From the NCBI GenBank assembly GCA_963828735.1, contig CAWHFW010000002.1:960001-1024000 (forward strand): DNA of 64,000 bases, read 5' to 3'. Each line of letters starts with the position of its first letter. Position 1 is the first letter of the stretch. Below, piece after piece: positions 53,741-63,561 of this stretch. The notes beneath the pieces are model-generated. The model searched no databases, was not told where the DNA came from, and worked only from the letters and a program-made list of their open reading frames with translations. Source of the DNA: an uncultured Gemmatimonadales bacterium. Lineage in GTDB: Bacteria; Gemmatimonadota; Gemmatimonadetes; Gemmatimonadales; GWC2-71-9. Made by a program: the position numbers and the translations under genes.

Positions 53741-54781
53741 ATGCGCGCTCTCGTCAAGCCAGCCCCGGGCCCCGGCATGATCTTGCGGGATGTCCCGGTC
53801 CCCCCGTGCGGCCCCAGCGACGTGCTCGTTCGTGTCCACCATGCAGGCGTCTGCGGCACCGACCTTCATATCTGGGAGTGGGACAGCTGGGCCAGCAACC
53901 GGCTGAAGCCACCCGTCGTCATCGGCCACGAGTTCGCCGGCGAGATCGTGCAGCTCGGCGCCGCCGCGGAGACAGCGGGCCTGCTCGCGGTCGGAGACCT
54001 GGTCACGGCCGAGGGTCACATCGTCTGCGGGCACTGCCTGCAATGCCGGCTGGGCGCCGCCCACCTGTGCCAACGCACCCAGATCATCGGCGTTGATCGG
54101 GATGGGGCGTTCGCCGAGTTCATCGTGATGCCCGCGTCGAACGTCATGCGCTTGGACGGCATCCCGACGGAGGTCGGGGCCATCATGGACCCGTTGGGGA
54201 ACGCCGTCCACACGGTGCTCGAGTCCGAGGTGCCCGGAAGCACGGTCCTGGTGCTCGGCTGCGGACCCATAGGCTGCTTTGCGGTGGGCGTCGCCCGCGC
54301 CGCCGGGGCGTCGCTCGTGATCGCGAGCGACTACAACCCGATGCGCCTGACCCTCGCTCGCCAGATGGGCGCGCATGTGACGCTCAACCCGGGCTCCGAC
54401 GACGTACTTGCGCGGGTGCGGGACCTGACTAACGGCGACGGCGTGGATCTCGTCTGCGAGATGAGCGGCCATCCGAGCGGTCATGCGCAGGCCTTCGCCG
54501 CGGCGCGCCTCGGTGGGCGCGTGAATCTGCTCGGGACGCCGAGCCGCACGACCGAGGTGGACTTCGCCCGCGACGTGATCTTCAAGGGACTGACACTCTA
54601 CGGCGTCACGGGACGCAAGATGTACGAGACGTGGGACGAGATGCGCCGATTTCTCCGCACCGGCCAGCTGGACCCGCGCCCCGTGATCACCCACCGCTTT
54701 CCGCTCGAATCGATCGCCGAAGCCATCCAGGTCATCAAGGACGGCCAGGCCGGTAAGGTGATCCTGGAGATCGGCGCATGA
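53741..54781 (+). CDS. tdh: L-threonine 3-dehydrogenase
   Basis: CGTDLHI, GHEFAG, CGHCLQC, GCGPIG and GRKMYETW motifs. Adjacent to kbl. Confidence 0.93.
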   Translation: MRALVKPAPGPGMILRDVPVPPCGPSDVLVRVHHAGVCGTDLHIWEWDSWASNRLKPPVVIGHEFAGEIVQLGAAAETAGLLAVGDLVTAEGHIVCGHCLQCRLGAAHLCQRTQIIGVDRDGAFAEFIVMPASNVMRLDGIPTEVGAIMDPLGNAVHTVLESEVPGSTVLVLGCGPIGCFAVGVARAAGASLVIASDYNPMRLTLARQMGAHVTLNPGSDDVLARVRDLTNGDGVDLVCEMSGHPSGHAQAFAAARLGGRVNLLGTPSRTTEVDFARDVIFKGLTLYGVTGRKMYETWDEMRRFLRTGQLDPRPVITHRFPLESIAEAIQVIKDGQAGKVILEIGA

Positions 54782-55977
54782 CGACCCCGTTCGACCGGCG
54801 CCTCGAGACGGACCTCGAGCAGTTCATCCGTGACGGCATCTACAAGCGGCTCAACTACCTCGACAGCCCGCAGGCCGCCCGGGTCCGGATGGAGGGCCGG
54901 GGCGATGTCATCATCCTTTCGTCGAACAACTACCTGGGCTTGAGCAGCCAGCCCGAGGTCGTCGCGGCGGGCAAGGCGGCCCTCGACCGATGGGGCGCGG
55001 GAACCGCGTCAGTGCGGTTCATCTGCGGCACCTTCACCGTCCACCGGACCCTCGAGGCCGCCTGCGCGCGTCTCGTCGGCACGGCGGCCTCGCTCAGCTT
55101 CGTGAGCGCCTGGAACGCGAACGAGGCGGTACCCGCCACGCTCCTCGGCGAGCAGGACATCGTGATCAGCGACCAGTTGAATCACGCCTCGATCATCGAC
55201 GCGGCGCGCCTGGCCAAGGCCATCACCAAGTGTCAGACCGCCGTCTATCGGCACGCCGACCTGGCCGACCTCGAGGAGAAGCTCACGGCAGCCCGCGATC
55301 GCCGCACCCGCATGGTCATCACCGACGGCGTCTTCTCCATGGAAGGCTCGATCGCGCCCCTGCCCGACCTGATCGAGCTGTGCCGCCGGCACGACGCCGT
55401 CCTCGTCGTGGACGACTCGCACGCCACGGGTGTGCTCGGGGCCCGCGGCCGCGGCACCGCCGAGCATTTTGGCGTGCTGGGTGACGTCGACATCATCACT
55501 TCCACGCTCGGCAAGGCGCTGGGCGGCGCCGCCGGCGGCTTCGTCGCGGGCTCGGCGGCCGTATGCGATTTCCTCACGCAGCGGGCGCGCCCGCAACTCT
55601 TCTCCAACGCCCTGCCGCCGACCGTGGCAGCCAGTGCGCTCGCCAGCGTCGAATTTCTCGAGTCCCATCCCGAGCGCGTTCAGGCCCTGCGTGACAACGC
55701 CCGCTATTTCCGGGAGCGGCTTCTCGAGCTCGGCTTCCATCCGCTGCCCGGCGAGACCCCCATCATCCCGGTCATTCTCGGCGAGACGGCCGCGGCCATT
55801 CGCATGAGCGACCGCCTGCTCGCCCAGGGCGTCTTCGTCACGGGCTTCGGCTACCCCGTCGTGCCACAGGGCCAGGCGCGCGTCCGGTGCCAGATTTCCG
55901 CCGCGCATACGCGCGAGGACCTCGACGAGGCGCTGAACGCGTTTCGGAAAGTCGGGCAGGAGCTGAAGCTGATCTAG
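54778..55977 (+). CDS. kbl: Glycine C-acetyltransferase (2-amino-3-ketobutyrate CoA ligase)
   Basis: SNNYLGL, SVRFICGT, DDSHATG and STLGKALGG motifs. Confidence 0.92.
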   Translation: MTTPFDRRLETDLEQFIRDGIYKRLNYLDSPQAARVRMEGRGDVIILSSNNYLGLSSQPEVVAAGKAALDRWGAGTASVRFICGTFTVHRTLEAACARLVGTAASLSFVSAWNANEAVPATLLGEQDIVISDQLNHASIIDAARLAKAITKCQTAVYRHADLADLEEKLTAARDRRTRMVITDGVFSMEGSIAPLPDLIELCRRHDAVLVVDDSHATGVLGARGRGTAEHFGVLGDVDIITSTLGKALGGAAGGFVAGSAAVCDFLTQRARPQLFSNALPPTVAASALASVEFLESHPERVQALRDNARYFRERLLELGFHPLPGETPIIPVILGETAAAIRMSDRLLAQGVFVTGFGYPVVPQGQARVRCQISAAHTREDLDEALNAFRKVGQELKLI

Positions 55978-56453
55978 GGCGGCCGGACCTCGGGGAACCA
56001 GACCGCCGCGCGACCGGGGATTTTGACGACCTCCCGGCGAAAAAGGTCCTGCCCGCGTCACTCTCTTGTTGAAGTTCCGTCGGATGGTGAACTGCTGTCG
56101 GACCTCCGCCCGGGTGCCTAGGCCCCCTTCCCGATCTCCGACTCCCGGACCCTGGGCTCCCCTCCCCCACTACTCCCGACCGTCCACGGGGAGTCCCGAA
56201 CGAGGCCGCCGGACCGGCCTGACCATACCCTCCATTGGCCCCGACCTTGCAATTCCACCCCCTCCGACGGGTGGGGACGGCCTGGCGACGGCTTATATAA
56301 GCTGCCACGCAGCAAGCAGTTAGCCGGGTCACCGCTCCCCCTCCCTTCCCGCGATTTCCGGCAAGATCCCGCATTTTGACGTACCCGTGCCTGCTGGGAC
56401 ACGGCAGCCGCCAGGATCCGCCTGGCGCGGACACCTTACGGAGGTAGGCTGTG

Positions 56454-57131
56454 ATGCGCACGCTCATCCGATCGATCGCGGCCGTAGCGCTGGCCTTGAC
56501 GCTGGGCACCGCCCACCTCACGGCCCAGGCTCCGGGCAACGGTAACTTCCAGTGGTACGTCGGCGGCCAGGGTGGCGTCATGCTCTTCAAGACGCCAACC
56601 CAAGCCCGCACCGCCATCCCCTCCTTCGGTGGCCATGCATTGATCGTGGCCAAGCGGACTGGGCTCATGCTCTCCGTAGACGAGGCGGTCGGATCGACGG
56701 AGACCAGCTCCTACAGCGATGGCAATGGCGTACAGACCGTCACGTTCAACGACATCCGCCGCTACTCGGCGGTGCTCATGGCGTTCCCGATCAAGGCCGC
56801 GGCGCAGCCGTACCTCGGCGTCGGGTACGGGCTCATCCACGTGGTGAACCCCACGCCCTCCAGCTCCGCGGCCTTCCAGAGCGATGCGGTCGATCTCGGC
56901 TCTGCCGGGTTCGCCACCTTCGTGGGCGGTCTCCAGTTCCAGGTCGGGCGGTTCATGGCGTTCGGCCAGTACCAGATCACCAGCGGCGCGGGTCCGACGA
57001 GCGTGAGCGCCAGCGACGGGACGGTGCTCGCGGTCGGTCGCCTGCTCTCGGGTCCGACGCACGCCTTCAGTGGCGGCCTTCGCATCGGCTTGGGCAGCTC
57101 CCGCGACGACGTACGCGCCGGCGGCTACTGA
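56454..57131 (+). CDS. Small outer-membrane beta-barrel protein
   Basis: Signal peptide and amphipathic strands (QPYLGVGYG, FSGGLRIGL). GGAGGT RBS. Confidence 0.75.
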   Translation: MRTLIRSIAAVALALTLGTAHLTAQAPGNGNFQWYVGGQGGVMLFKTPTQARTAIPSFGGHALIVAKRTGLMLSVDEAVGSTETSSYSDGNGVQTVTFNDIRRYSAVLMAFPIKAAAQPYLGVGYGLIHVVNPTPSSSAAFQSDAVDLGSAGFATFVGGLQFQVGRFMAFGQYQITSGAGPTSVSASDGTVLAVGRLLSGPTHAFSGGLRIGLGSSRDDVRAGGY

Positions 57132-57155
57132 GCGGGCACTAGGCTCCTGAACGAC

Positions 57156-57195
57156 GAGCGGGCGGCGGATCTCGGATCCGCCGCCCGCTTGCTTT
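57156..57195. terminator. Terminator hairpin between convergent genes
   Basis: GAGCGGGCGGCGGATC-TCG-GATCCGCCGCCCGCTT followed by GCTTT. Confidence 0.75.
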
Positions 57196-57207
57196 ACACG
57201 GGTCGCC

Positions 57208-57831
57208 TCAGGCCGTCTGGCCGGCCCGAGAAGCGCCGCGAGACACCCAGGGCGACCCTTCCACCAGGAACCGAAGCGGCCAGTCCGCCGCCTTGGTGAT
57301 GCCGATCCGCGGCGTGACCACGGCCGCCGGCGGACCGGCTCCGTCGTGCCACCGAACCAGGGCCCCCGAGCGTCGCATGAGCGACCCGTCGATGTCGCGC
57401 GTGATGCCGAGCGCCTGACAGAGCTTCCCCGGACCCGAGCAGAGCTGCCGGTCGGCGACGCCTCCCCGACGCTCGCGCATCAGGGCGAGCCCCTCGACCG
57501 GCTCGAGCGCGCGCAAGAGGACGGCGCTCGCTTCCCCCGCCACACCGCACACCAGGTTGGCGCACCAGTGCATGCCGTACGAGAGGTAGACGTACCATGT
57601 GCCCGGGGGACCGAAGAGCGCCTCGTTCTGCGCGTGCCGGCGGTGGCGATAGCCGTGCGAGGCGGGGTCGATGTAGCCCAGATACGCCTCTGTCTCGACG
57701 ATTCGCCCGGCGGTGCGGGCGCCGTCGCGCGTGGAAACCACCGTCATCCCGAGAAGGTCGCGGGCCACCACGTCCGCCGAGCGCTCGAAAAACGAGACGG
57801 GCAGCGTGGCTGCCCGTCGGGTCGCGCTCAT
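57208..57831 (-). CDS. mpg: DNA-3-methyladenine glycosylase (MPG/AAG family)
   Basis: IVETEAY, YVYLSYGMHWCAN, GPGKLCQAL and RIGI motifs. Confidence 0.93.
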   Translation of the reverse strand: MSATRRAATLPVSFFERSADVVARDLLGMTVVSTRDGARTAGRIVETEAYLGYIDPASHGYRHRRHAQNEALFGPPGTWYVYLSYGMHWCANLVCGVAGEASAVLLRALEPVEGLALMRERRGGVADRQLCSGPGKLCQALGITRDIDGSLMRRSGALVRWHDGAGPPAAVVTPRIGITKAADWPLRFLVEGSPWVSRGASRAGQTA

Positions 57832-59426
57832 TCCGCCTTCTTCTTGGCCCGAGGTCGCGGCCGGCGCGGCTTCGGTGCCGCGGGTTCCGCGGGCTCGTCA
57901 GCCACCGGCACCGCCGCACCGGCGGCAACCGTGGCGGCGGCCTTCTTCCGCGGCCTGCGAGGACGGGACGGCTTCTTCGGCGCCGCCGCCGCGGCCGACT
58001 CGGGAGCGCTCGCCTTTGCCGCGGGGGCCTCGGGAGCCTCGATCTGCACGACCCCGATCAATGGAATCTCCCCTGCACGGAGAGGGGCGCGTGACCCCCG
58101 CCGGAACCGGACGCCCAACCGCTGCCCGTTCTCCCGAGTGCCAGTGTCCGCGGCCGTCTCAGCGAGGGCGGGCTGCTCCGCGGTCGTCGGCTGCGGAGGT
58201 GGGCTCTCACGCGGAGCGGTCGTCCCCTGTGCCGCGGCCGACGTGCGATGCGGCGAGATCTCGTATTCATCCTCACCGATCTTCCGAACGTCGGCCACTT
58301 CCGCGTCGTTCGCCTGCCGCAGCAGGCGCTGGAAGCGGCCCGTATCGAGCAGGGCATCCTCGCGCCCGTGCAGCGCCACCATCCGGAGCCGGAGCGCCTC
58401 GTGGGGCACGGGCGCGCGCAGCTCGCCAAGCGCCTGGGTCAGGAGCTGGAACGCGCGCGCCAGCGAAAGCGCGCCGTCCGCCGTGCGGGCGCCGCGGGGC
58501 GGCGGCGCCTCGCGGGGCGTTTCGCCCGGGCCGGACGCGCGGTCGCGGTCGCGACCCCGGCCCCGGCGTCCGCGCCCGCGGCGGCCGTTGTCCTCGCGTG
58601 CGCCCTCAGCGCCCTCGCGCGACCGACCCGCCGCGGCCGGAACCGTCGCCGCGGCCACGCCGCCCGGAGGGCCGACCTCGTACTGGCCGTTGTCGAGCTT
58701 GGTGACGTGCACGACGCCCTTCTGGCCCGCTTCCACGACGAACTTGCTGAACCGATTGAAGCCGGCGTTGCGCTCGTCGAAGTTGGGATCGATCTGCTGC
58801 ATGACCTGCTTGAGCCGATCCGATCGCATCACGTCGCCGTTCCGCGCCATCTGCGATACGGCCTCGCCCGCGAGCTCCCAGGGATCACGCTGAATCGACG
58901 GCGTGTCCACTTCCTTGGTGAGGCCGGCGAGGTCGTTGTACGAGTAGTACTCGTCGCAGTTCTGGATCAGCAGGTCGCTCGCACTCTCGCGGATTCCGAC
59001 GCCGATCACGTACTTCCCGTACTCCTTCAGCTTGATCACCATCGTGGAGAAATCGCTGTCGCCGGAGAGCAGGATGAATGTCCCGATCTCGGGCCGGGTG
59101 AAGACCAGCTCGATCGCATCGATGGCGAGGCGGATGTCGGTCGCGTTCTTCTTGCTCGAGCCGAAGGCCGGCGCGAAGATGAGATCGATCGACGATTCGG
59201 ACAGAGGAACGATGTACTGCGGATAGCGGCGCCAATCGGCGTAGGCGCGCTGGACCGCCACCTTGCCTTTGATGATGTCGCTGTTGAGGAGAGTCCTAAG
59301 CTCTTTGGTGAGGTCCTTCTGGATGCCCAGGGTGACGTTGTCGAAATCGATGAGGAGTGCGGCGTTCGGGGCGTGCACCAGAGGCTGGCTCAGGTGCCGT
59401 GCGGGCCGAATCAAGGGTCGGTTCAC
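57828..59426 (-). CDS. NYN (LabA/DUF88 PIN-like) nuclease with OST-HTH/LOTUS domain(s)
   Basis: LIDFDNV, KNATDIRL and SGDSDF catalytic motifs. LKQVMQQIDPNFDERNAGFNRFSKF is LOTUS-like. Confidence 0.88.
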   Translation of the reverse strand: MNRPLIRPARHLSQPLVHAPNAALLIDFDNVTLGIQKDLTKELRTLLNSDIIKGKVAVQRAYADWRRYPQYIVPLSESSIDLIFAPAFGSSKKNATDIRLAIDAIELVFTRPEIGTFILLSGDSDFSTMVIKLKEYGKYVIGVGIRESASDLLIQNCDEYYSYNDLAGLTKEVDTPSIQRDPWELAGEAVSQMARNGDVMRSDRLKQVMQQIDPNFDERNAGFNRFSKFVVEAGQKGVVHVTKLDNGQYEVGPPGGVAAATVPAAAGRSREGAEGAREDNGRRGRGRRGRGRDRDRASGPGETPREAPPPRGARTADGALSLARAFQLLTQALGELRAPVPHEALRLRMVALHGREDALLDTGRFQRLLRQANDAEVADVRKIGEDEYEISPHRTSAAAQGTTAPRESPPPQPTTAEQPALAETAADTGTRENGQRLGVRFRRGSRAPLRAGEIPLIGVVQIEAPEAPAAKASAPESAAAAAPKKPSRPRRPRKKAAATVAAGAAVPVADEPAEPAAPKPRRPRPRAKKKAE

Positions 59427-59429
59427 GTA

Positions 59430-59648
59430 GCGCTCGGTTTCGGGACTCGCGATCCCGCGCGATCCCCTTGACGCGCCTGGCCGGACCCGGACTGCGGCAG
59501 GGCAGCGAGGAGTGCGCGAAGACCCGGGATCCCGCATGGGGTCGTCGTCGACTGATGGCGGCCACCGAGGAGGAATGTTTGATCATGCTCGCGCGGAGTC
59601 GGCCGGGTCGCCGAGGCGCGCAAACAGAACATTCCGGAAGTGGCTAGC
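59430..59648 (-). promoter_or_regulatory. Structured 5' leader of the NYN-LOTUS gene
   Basis: Three-stem hairpin at 59572-59635 with G-U pairs valid only on the minus strand. Alternative pairing to 59472-59490. TAAATT -10 at 59660-59655. Confidence 0.45.
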
Positions 59649-59694
59649 CTCAACAATTTAGCCGAGGCCGACAGGCGCTGGTAGGGGCCGGTTC

Positions 59695-60870
59695 TCAGCC
59701 GAACTGCTGCTCGCCGGCCAGCGGGAGGTCCAGGACGAAATGAAAGCGGGTGCCCTGACCGGCGGCCGTTTCGACGCCGAGCGCCGAGCCCATGGCTTCG
59801 ACCAGCTTCCGGCAGATGGAGAGGCCGAGGCCGGAGCCCGAGAACGCGTATTCGCCGGGCTTCTGCCGGCGCCGGAACGGCTCGTAGAGTGTCGCCATGC
59901 TCTGCGGGGGGATACCCCGACCGGTGTCGCGCACGGAGAACTCGACCGCGCGTCCCCCTGCCTCGCGCGCCATGACCTCGACGAACCCCTCCGCGGTGAA
60001 CTTGAGCGCGTTGGTCGTGAGGTTGAGCAGGACCCGGCTCAGCGCGACCGGGTGGCCGATCCGGAAGTCGGCCTCGGGCGGCGTGAGCCGGACGGTGAGG
60101 CTCTTCTCTTCGGCGATCGGCTGGACGATGTCGCGGACCGACTCGAGGATGTCGGTCACCGAGAAAGGGATCGGATCGAGGTCGACCAGCCGGTCGCCAC
60201 CGCGGGCCAACTCGATCACGTCACTGGCGACGGAGCTGAGGCCGAATGCCGCGCTGTAGATCAGGCCCAGCTGGCGCTCCTGGACGGGATTCACCGGTCC
60301 GCTCCGGGCGCGCTGCAGGGTCTCGGCCAGGAAGAGAATGGAGGTCAGCGGCGACCGAAGGTCGTGCGCGACCTCGACCACGAGCTCGAGGCCATCGGGC
60401 CCGGACAGTCGGTCGGCGAAGTGCTGCGACCAATCCGCCTCGAGGCGCTGGCTCACCTGCTCCAGCGCGACGAGCATGTGCAGCAGCTGGCCGCTGTCGA
60501 GGGTGGGCAACGCCTGGGCCCGGTCGAGAAAGGCGACGCGGACGAGCCCGACGAGACGACGTGACAGGGGATTTCGCGGCAGCGCGGCAAGATCGGGGTT
60601 CTGTCCGCTGGCCTGCTGGCGGATCGCGGTGCAGACCTGCGCGAGGTGGGCCGTCACCTCGTCCATGTTCGACGCGTGCTCGACCACCCGCTCCCATTCG
60701 GCCTGGGCCCACAGCACCGCGTCGCGCAGCGCGTCCCAGAGCGGTGCTGCGATGGCGCCGCCCGTCGGTCCATCCGGATCCCACACCCGCACTGGTGCGA
60801 CAGCGCTGCCCGTCGCCGCCCGGCGGCGCTCGCCGCTCGTCGCTCCGGGCAGGGCGGCTTCGGGAGTCAC
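59695..60870 (-). CDS. Cytoplasmic histidine kinase (HisKA-HATPase)
   Basis: AHDLRSPL, NALKFT and GSGLGL motifs. GTGA overlap with the regulator stop. Confidence 0.9.
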   Translation of the reverse strand: MTPEAALPGATSGERRRAATGSAVAPVRVWDPDGPTGGAIAAPLWDALRDAVLWAQAEWERVVEHASNMDEVTAHLAQVCTAIRQQASGQNPDLAALPRNPLSRRLVGLVRVAFLDRAQALPTLDSGQLLHMLVALEQVSQRLEADWSQHFADRLSGPDGLELVVEVAHDLRSPLTSILFLAETLQRARSGPVNPVQERQLGLIYSAAFGLSSVASDVIELARGGDRLVDLDPIPFSVTDILESVRDIVQPIAEEKSLTVRLTPPEADFRIGHPVALSRVLLNLTTNALKFTAEGFVEVMAREAGGRAVEFSVRDTGRGIPPQSMATLYEPFRRRQKPGEYAFSGSGLGLSICRKLVEAMGSALGVETAAGQGTRFHFVLDLPLAGEQQFG

Positions 60871-62390
60871 TCAGGCAACCCCGGACTCTCGTCGCGGTGA
60901 AACGCGTGCTTGTCCATGAGGCGATACAGCGTGGTGCGGTCGATGCTCGCGAGGCGGGCCGCTTTGGACATGTTGCCGCCGGCGCGCGTCACCAGGCGCG
61001 TCAGGTATTCTTTTTCGAACTGAGCCACGACCCGGTCCTTGGCGGTGTGGTAGGCCTCGTCCATCGCACCGGAGCTCACCGTGCTGTCGGCCGGCCACTC
61101 GACCCCGTCGTCATACACGGGGATGTCGTTCGGCTGGATGATCTGGTCCGGCTCGGCCAGGACCGCGACGTGCTCGATGACGTTCTGAAGTTCTCGAACG
61201 TTGCCTCGCCAGGGACGCGAGCGCAAGAAGGCGATGCTGGCGTCGCTCAGCCGCGGGACCCGGTCGCCCATCTGGCGGTGGCGCTGCCAGTAGACCGTGA
61301 GAAAATGATTGGCCAGGAGCGGAATGTCTTCCTGGCGCTTGCGCAGGGGCGGTAGCTTGATGGGCACAACGCGCAGCCGGTAGAACAGGTCGCCGCGAAG
61401 CACGCCCGTGTCTACGGCCTCCTGCGGCTCGCGATTCGTGGCCGAGATGAACCGGACATCCACCACTGCGTCGTGCTGCTCGCTGCCCACGCGCCTGACC
61501 ACGCCGTCCTGAATCACGCGCAGGAGCTTGGCCTGGAGCGGCATCGTCATCTCGGTCAGCTCGTCGAGGAAAAGCGTGCCGCCGTTTGCGGTCTCGAGCA
61601 GGCCGGGCTTGTCGCGGTCGGCCCCCGTGAACGCGCCCTTCCGGTGGCCGAACATCTCGCTCTCGAGCAGAGGCTCCGGCAGGGCGGCGCAGTTGATCGG
61701 CACCAAGGTCCGGCCGGCGCGCCGGCTGTTCTGGTGGATGAACTGCGCGATGACCTCCTTGCCTGTCCCGCTCTCCCCGCTGATGAACACGGACGCGTCG
61801 GTCGCCGCCACCTTGCGGGCGAGGTCCACGGCCTGCCGGAACAGAGGCGAGATTCCGATGAGGGCGATCTTGTCGCTGTGCCCGTGCTGCTTCATGAGCT
61901 GAACGCGGAGATCCTGCGCCTCACGCGACATCATCACCGCGTGCGACGCGCGCCCGATCAGGACCTGGAGATGGGTCGCGCTGAACGGCTTCGGGAGGTA
62001 ATCCCAGGCTCCCGCACGAAGCGCCTCGATGCTGCTCGTGACGCTCGGATTGCCGGTCATGACCACGACGATGGTGTCTTTGAAGGCCTGCAGTGTGGAG
62101 CGGAGGATGTCGAGACCCGATATCTGCGACATGTACAGATCGACGAGGATGATATCGAACTTCCGCCGCTTGACGGTGTCCAACGCCTCCTCGCCCCGCC
62201 CGACCAGCGTCACATTGTAGCCGTCCATCTGGAGTACGCTGGCGCAGCTCTCGCGCAACGTGCGCTCGTCGTCAACCACGAGCACGCGGATGCTCGCCTT
62301 GATCTCGCTCGGAATGGAAAACGGATCACGGGACGCTGGGTCGGCGGCCGGTGCGCCCGACCGGTCCTGCTGGGCGAGCGGGTTCGACAT
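60867..62390 (-). CDS. Sigma54-dependent REC-AAA+-Fis HTH activator (NtrC family)
   Basis: GESGTGKE, GAFTGA, WRGNVREL and C-terminal HTH. GAGGAG RBS. Confidence 0.95.
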   Translation of the reverse strand: MSNPLAQQDRSGAPAADPASRDPFSIPSEIKASIRVLVVDDERTLRESCASVLQMDGYNVTLVGRGEEALDTVKRRKFDIILVDLYMSQISGLDILRSTLQAFKDTIVVVMTGNPSVTSSIEALRAGAWDYLPKPFSATHLQVLIGRASHAVMMSREAQDLRVQLMKQHGHSDKIALIGISPLFRQAVDLARKVAATDASVFISGESGTGKEVIAQFIHQNSRRAGRTLVPINCAALPEPLLESEMFGHRKGAFTGADRDKPGLLETANGGTLFLDELTEMTMPLQAKLLRVIQDGVVRRVGSEQHDAVVDVRFISATNREPQEAVDTGVLRGDLFYRLRVVPIKLPPLRKRQEDIPLLANHFLTVYWQRHRQMGDRVPRLSDASIAFLRSRPWRGNVRELQNVIEHVAVLAEPDQIIQPNDIPVYDDGVEWPADSTVSSGAMDEAYHTAKDRVVAQFEKEYLTRLVTRAGGNMSKAARLASIDRTTLYRLMDKHAFHRDESPGLPE

Positions 62391-62520
62391 CCTGATCTCC
62401 TCGGCTGGACCGCGGTGCGGTCTGTGGATGCATACAGGCAATTGCCGCTGGGGTGATGGATTCCCCCATCGGTACCGTGCGAACCTAGATCCTTTGTACC
62501 ACAGGATGCAGCGCAATTCA

Positions 62521-62536
62521 AGCAATTGCCGCGCCA
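62521..62536 (-). promoter_or_regulatory. Sigma54 -24/-12 promoter
   Basis: Minus strand reads TGGCGCGGCAATTGCT, matching TGGCRCG-N4-TTGCW. Confidence 0.65.
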
Positions 62537-62607
62537 AGACCACAGGCCTTGACGCGGCTTACGCCACATAGCGTAGTGTCGAAGCTACATTTACGCCACG
62601 GTCCAGG

Positions 62608-63561
62608 CTAGATCGGGGACTGCAGGGATACCTGCTCGAAGGCCCGAATTCGATCGTCCTGTCCGCCTCGACGCAGGTCTCGCAAGGCGGTCGTTGCACG
62701 AAGCAGCAGTTCGGTCGCATCCACCGCCGACTCGGCCAAGTCCGGAACCGCACAATACCCCGCCTTCACCCGCAGGCTGCGCTCACCGCCGCGGACGGGG
62801 ATCCTGGTAGCCTCCACGGCGCCGCCCAGCCGATCCACCAGGCGAAGCGCGCCCTCACGGCCGGTCGCCGGTGCGATCACGGCGAACTCCGTGGGGCCGA
62901 GCCGGCCGATGGCGTCCGACACCCGGCCCACCTCGCGAAAAATCGTCCCCACCTGGTCCGACATCCGAACCACCTCGTCGCCGGGGGACTCCTCGTCGGT
63001 CTCGGGATCCACTTCGGGCGCGAACACCACGCAGGCCAAGGCCTCCCGCCGGCGCAGCGCGTCCGCACCGATCTCGCGGGCACGCCGCGCGAGCCCGCGC
63101 ATGTTGTAGAGCCCGGTCCCCGAGTCGAGCAAGTTCTCCTCGCGCAGAATGTCCACCTGCTGCTTCGATTGGAGGAACGTCGTCAGCTTGAGCAGCAGCG
63201 CCTCGCCATCGAGCGGCTGACCGAGGAACTCCCAGGCGCCGCACCGATACGCCTCGAGACGCTGGGTGCGTCCCGACGGCCCCGACGTCGTGATCACGAT
63301 CGGTGTAGTCGCGCTGAAGCGGGGATCGCTTCGCAGTGCCCGACAGACTTCGAACCCGTGCATGTCGGGCATCTGGGCATCGAGGATGATGATGTCAGGC
63401 TGTGACGAGCGCGCCCGCTCGAGCGCCTGCTGGCCGGTGTAGGCGCGTACGACCGAATAGCCGTTGGGCCCGAGTATGCTTTCGATGGACCGCGCGGACC
63501 ATTCCTGATCGTTCGCGATGAGCACAAGCGGGGAGGCCGGTGCCTTATCTCGATTTGCCAT
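62608..63561 (-). CDS. Atypical receiver plus degenerate GGDEF-domain protein
   Basis: Receiver with ND in place of DD and GQP in place of KP. DSGTGLYN and RLGPTEF replace the GGDEF motif. Confidence 0.85.
   Translation of the reverse strand: MANRDKAPASPLVLIANDQEWSARSIESILGPNGYSVVRAYTGQQALERARSSQPDIIILDAQMPDMHGFEVCRALRSDPRFSATTPIVITTSGPSGRTQRLEAYRCGAWEFLGQPLDGEALLLKLTTFLQSKQQVDILREENLLDSGTGLYNMRGLARRAREIGADALRRREALACVVFAPEVDPETDEESPGDEVVRMSDQVGTIFREVGRVSDAIGRLGPTEFAVIAPATGREGALRLVDRLGGAVEATRIPVRGGERSLRVKAGYCAVPDLAESAVDATELLLRATTALRDLRRGGQDDRIRAFEQVSLQSPI

Noticed and set aside
59470..59640. 6S RNA
   Set aside because: The rod-like pairing is partial, there is no terminator, and the position fits a 5' leader. 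It was kept as a leader finding instead.
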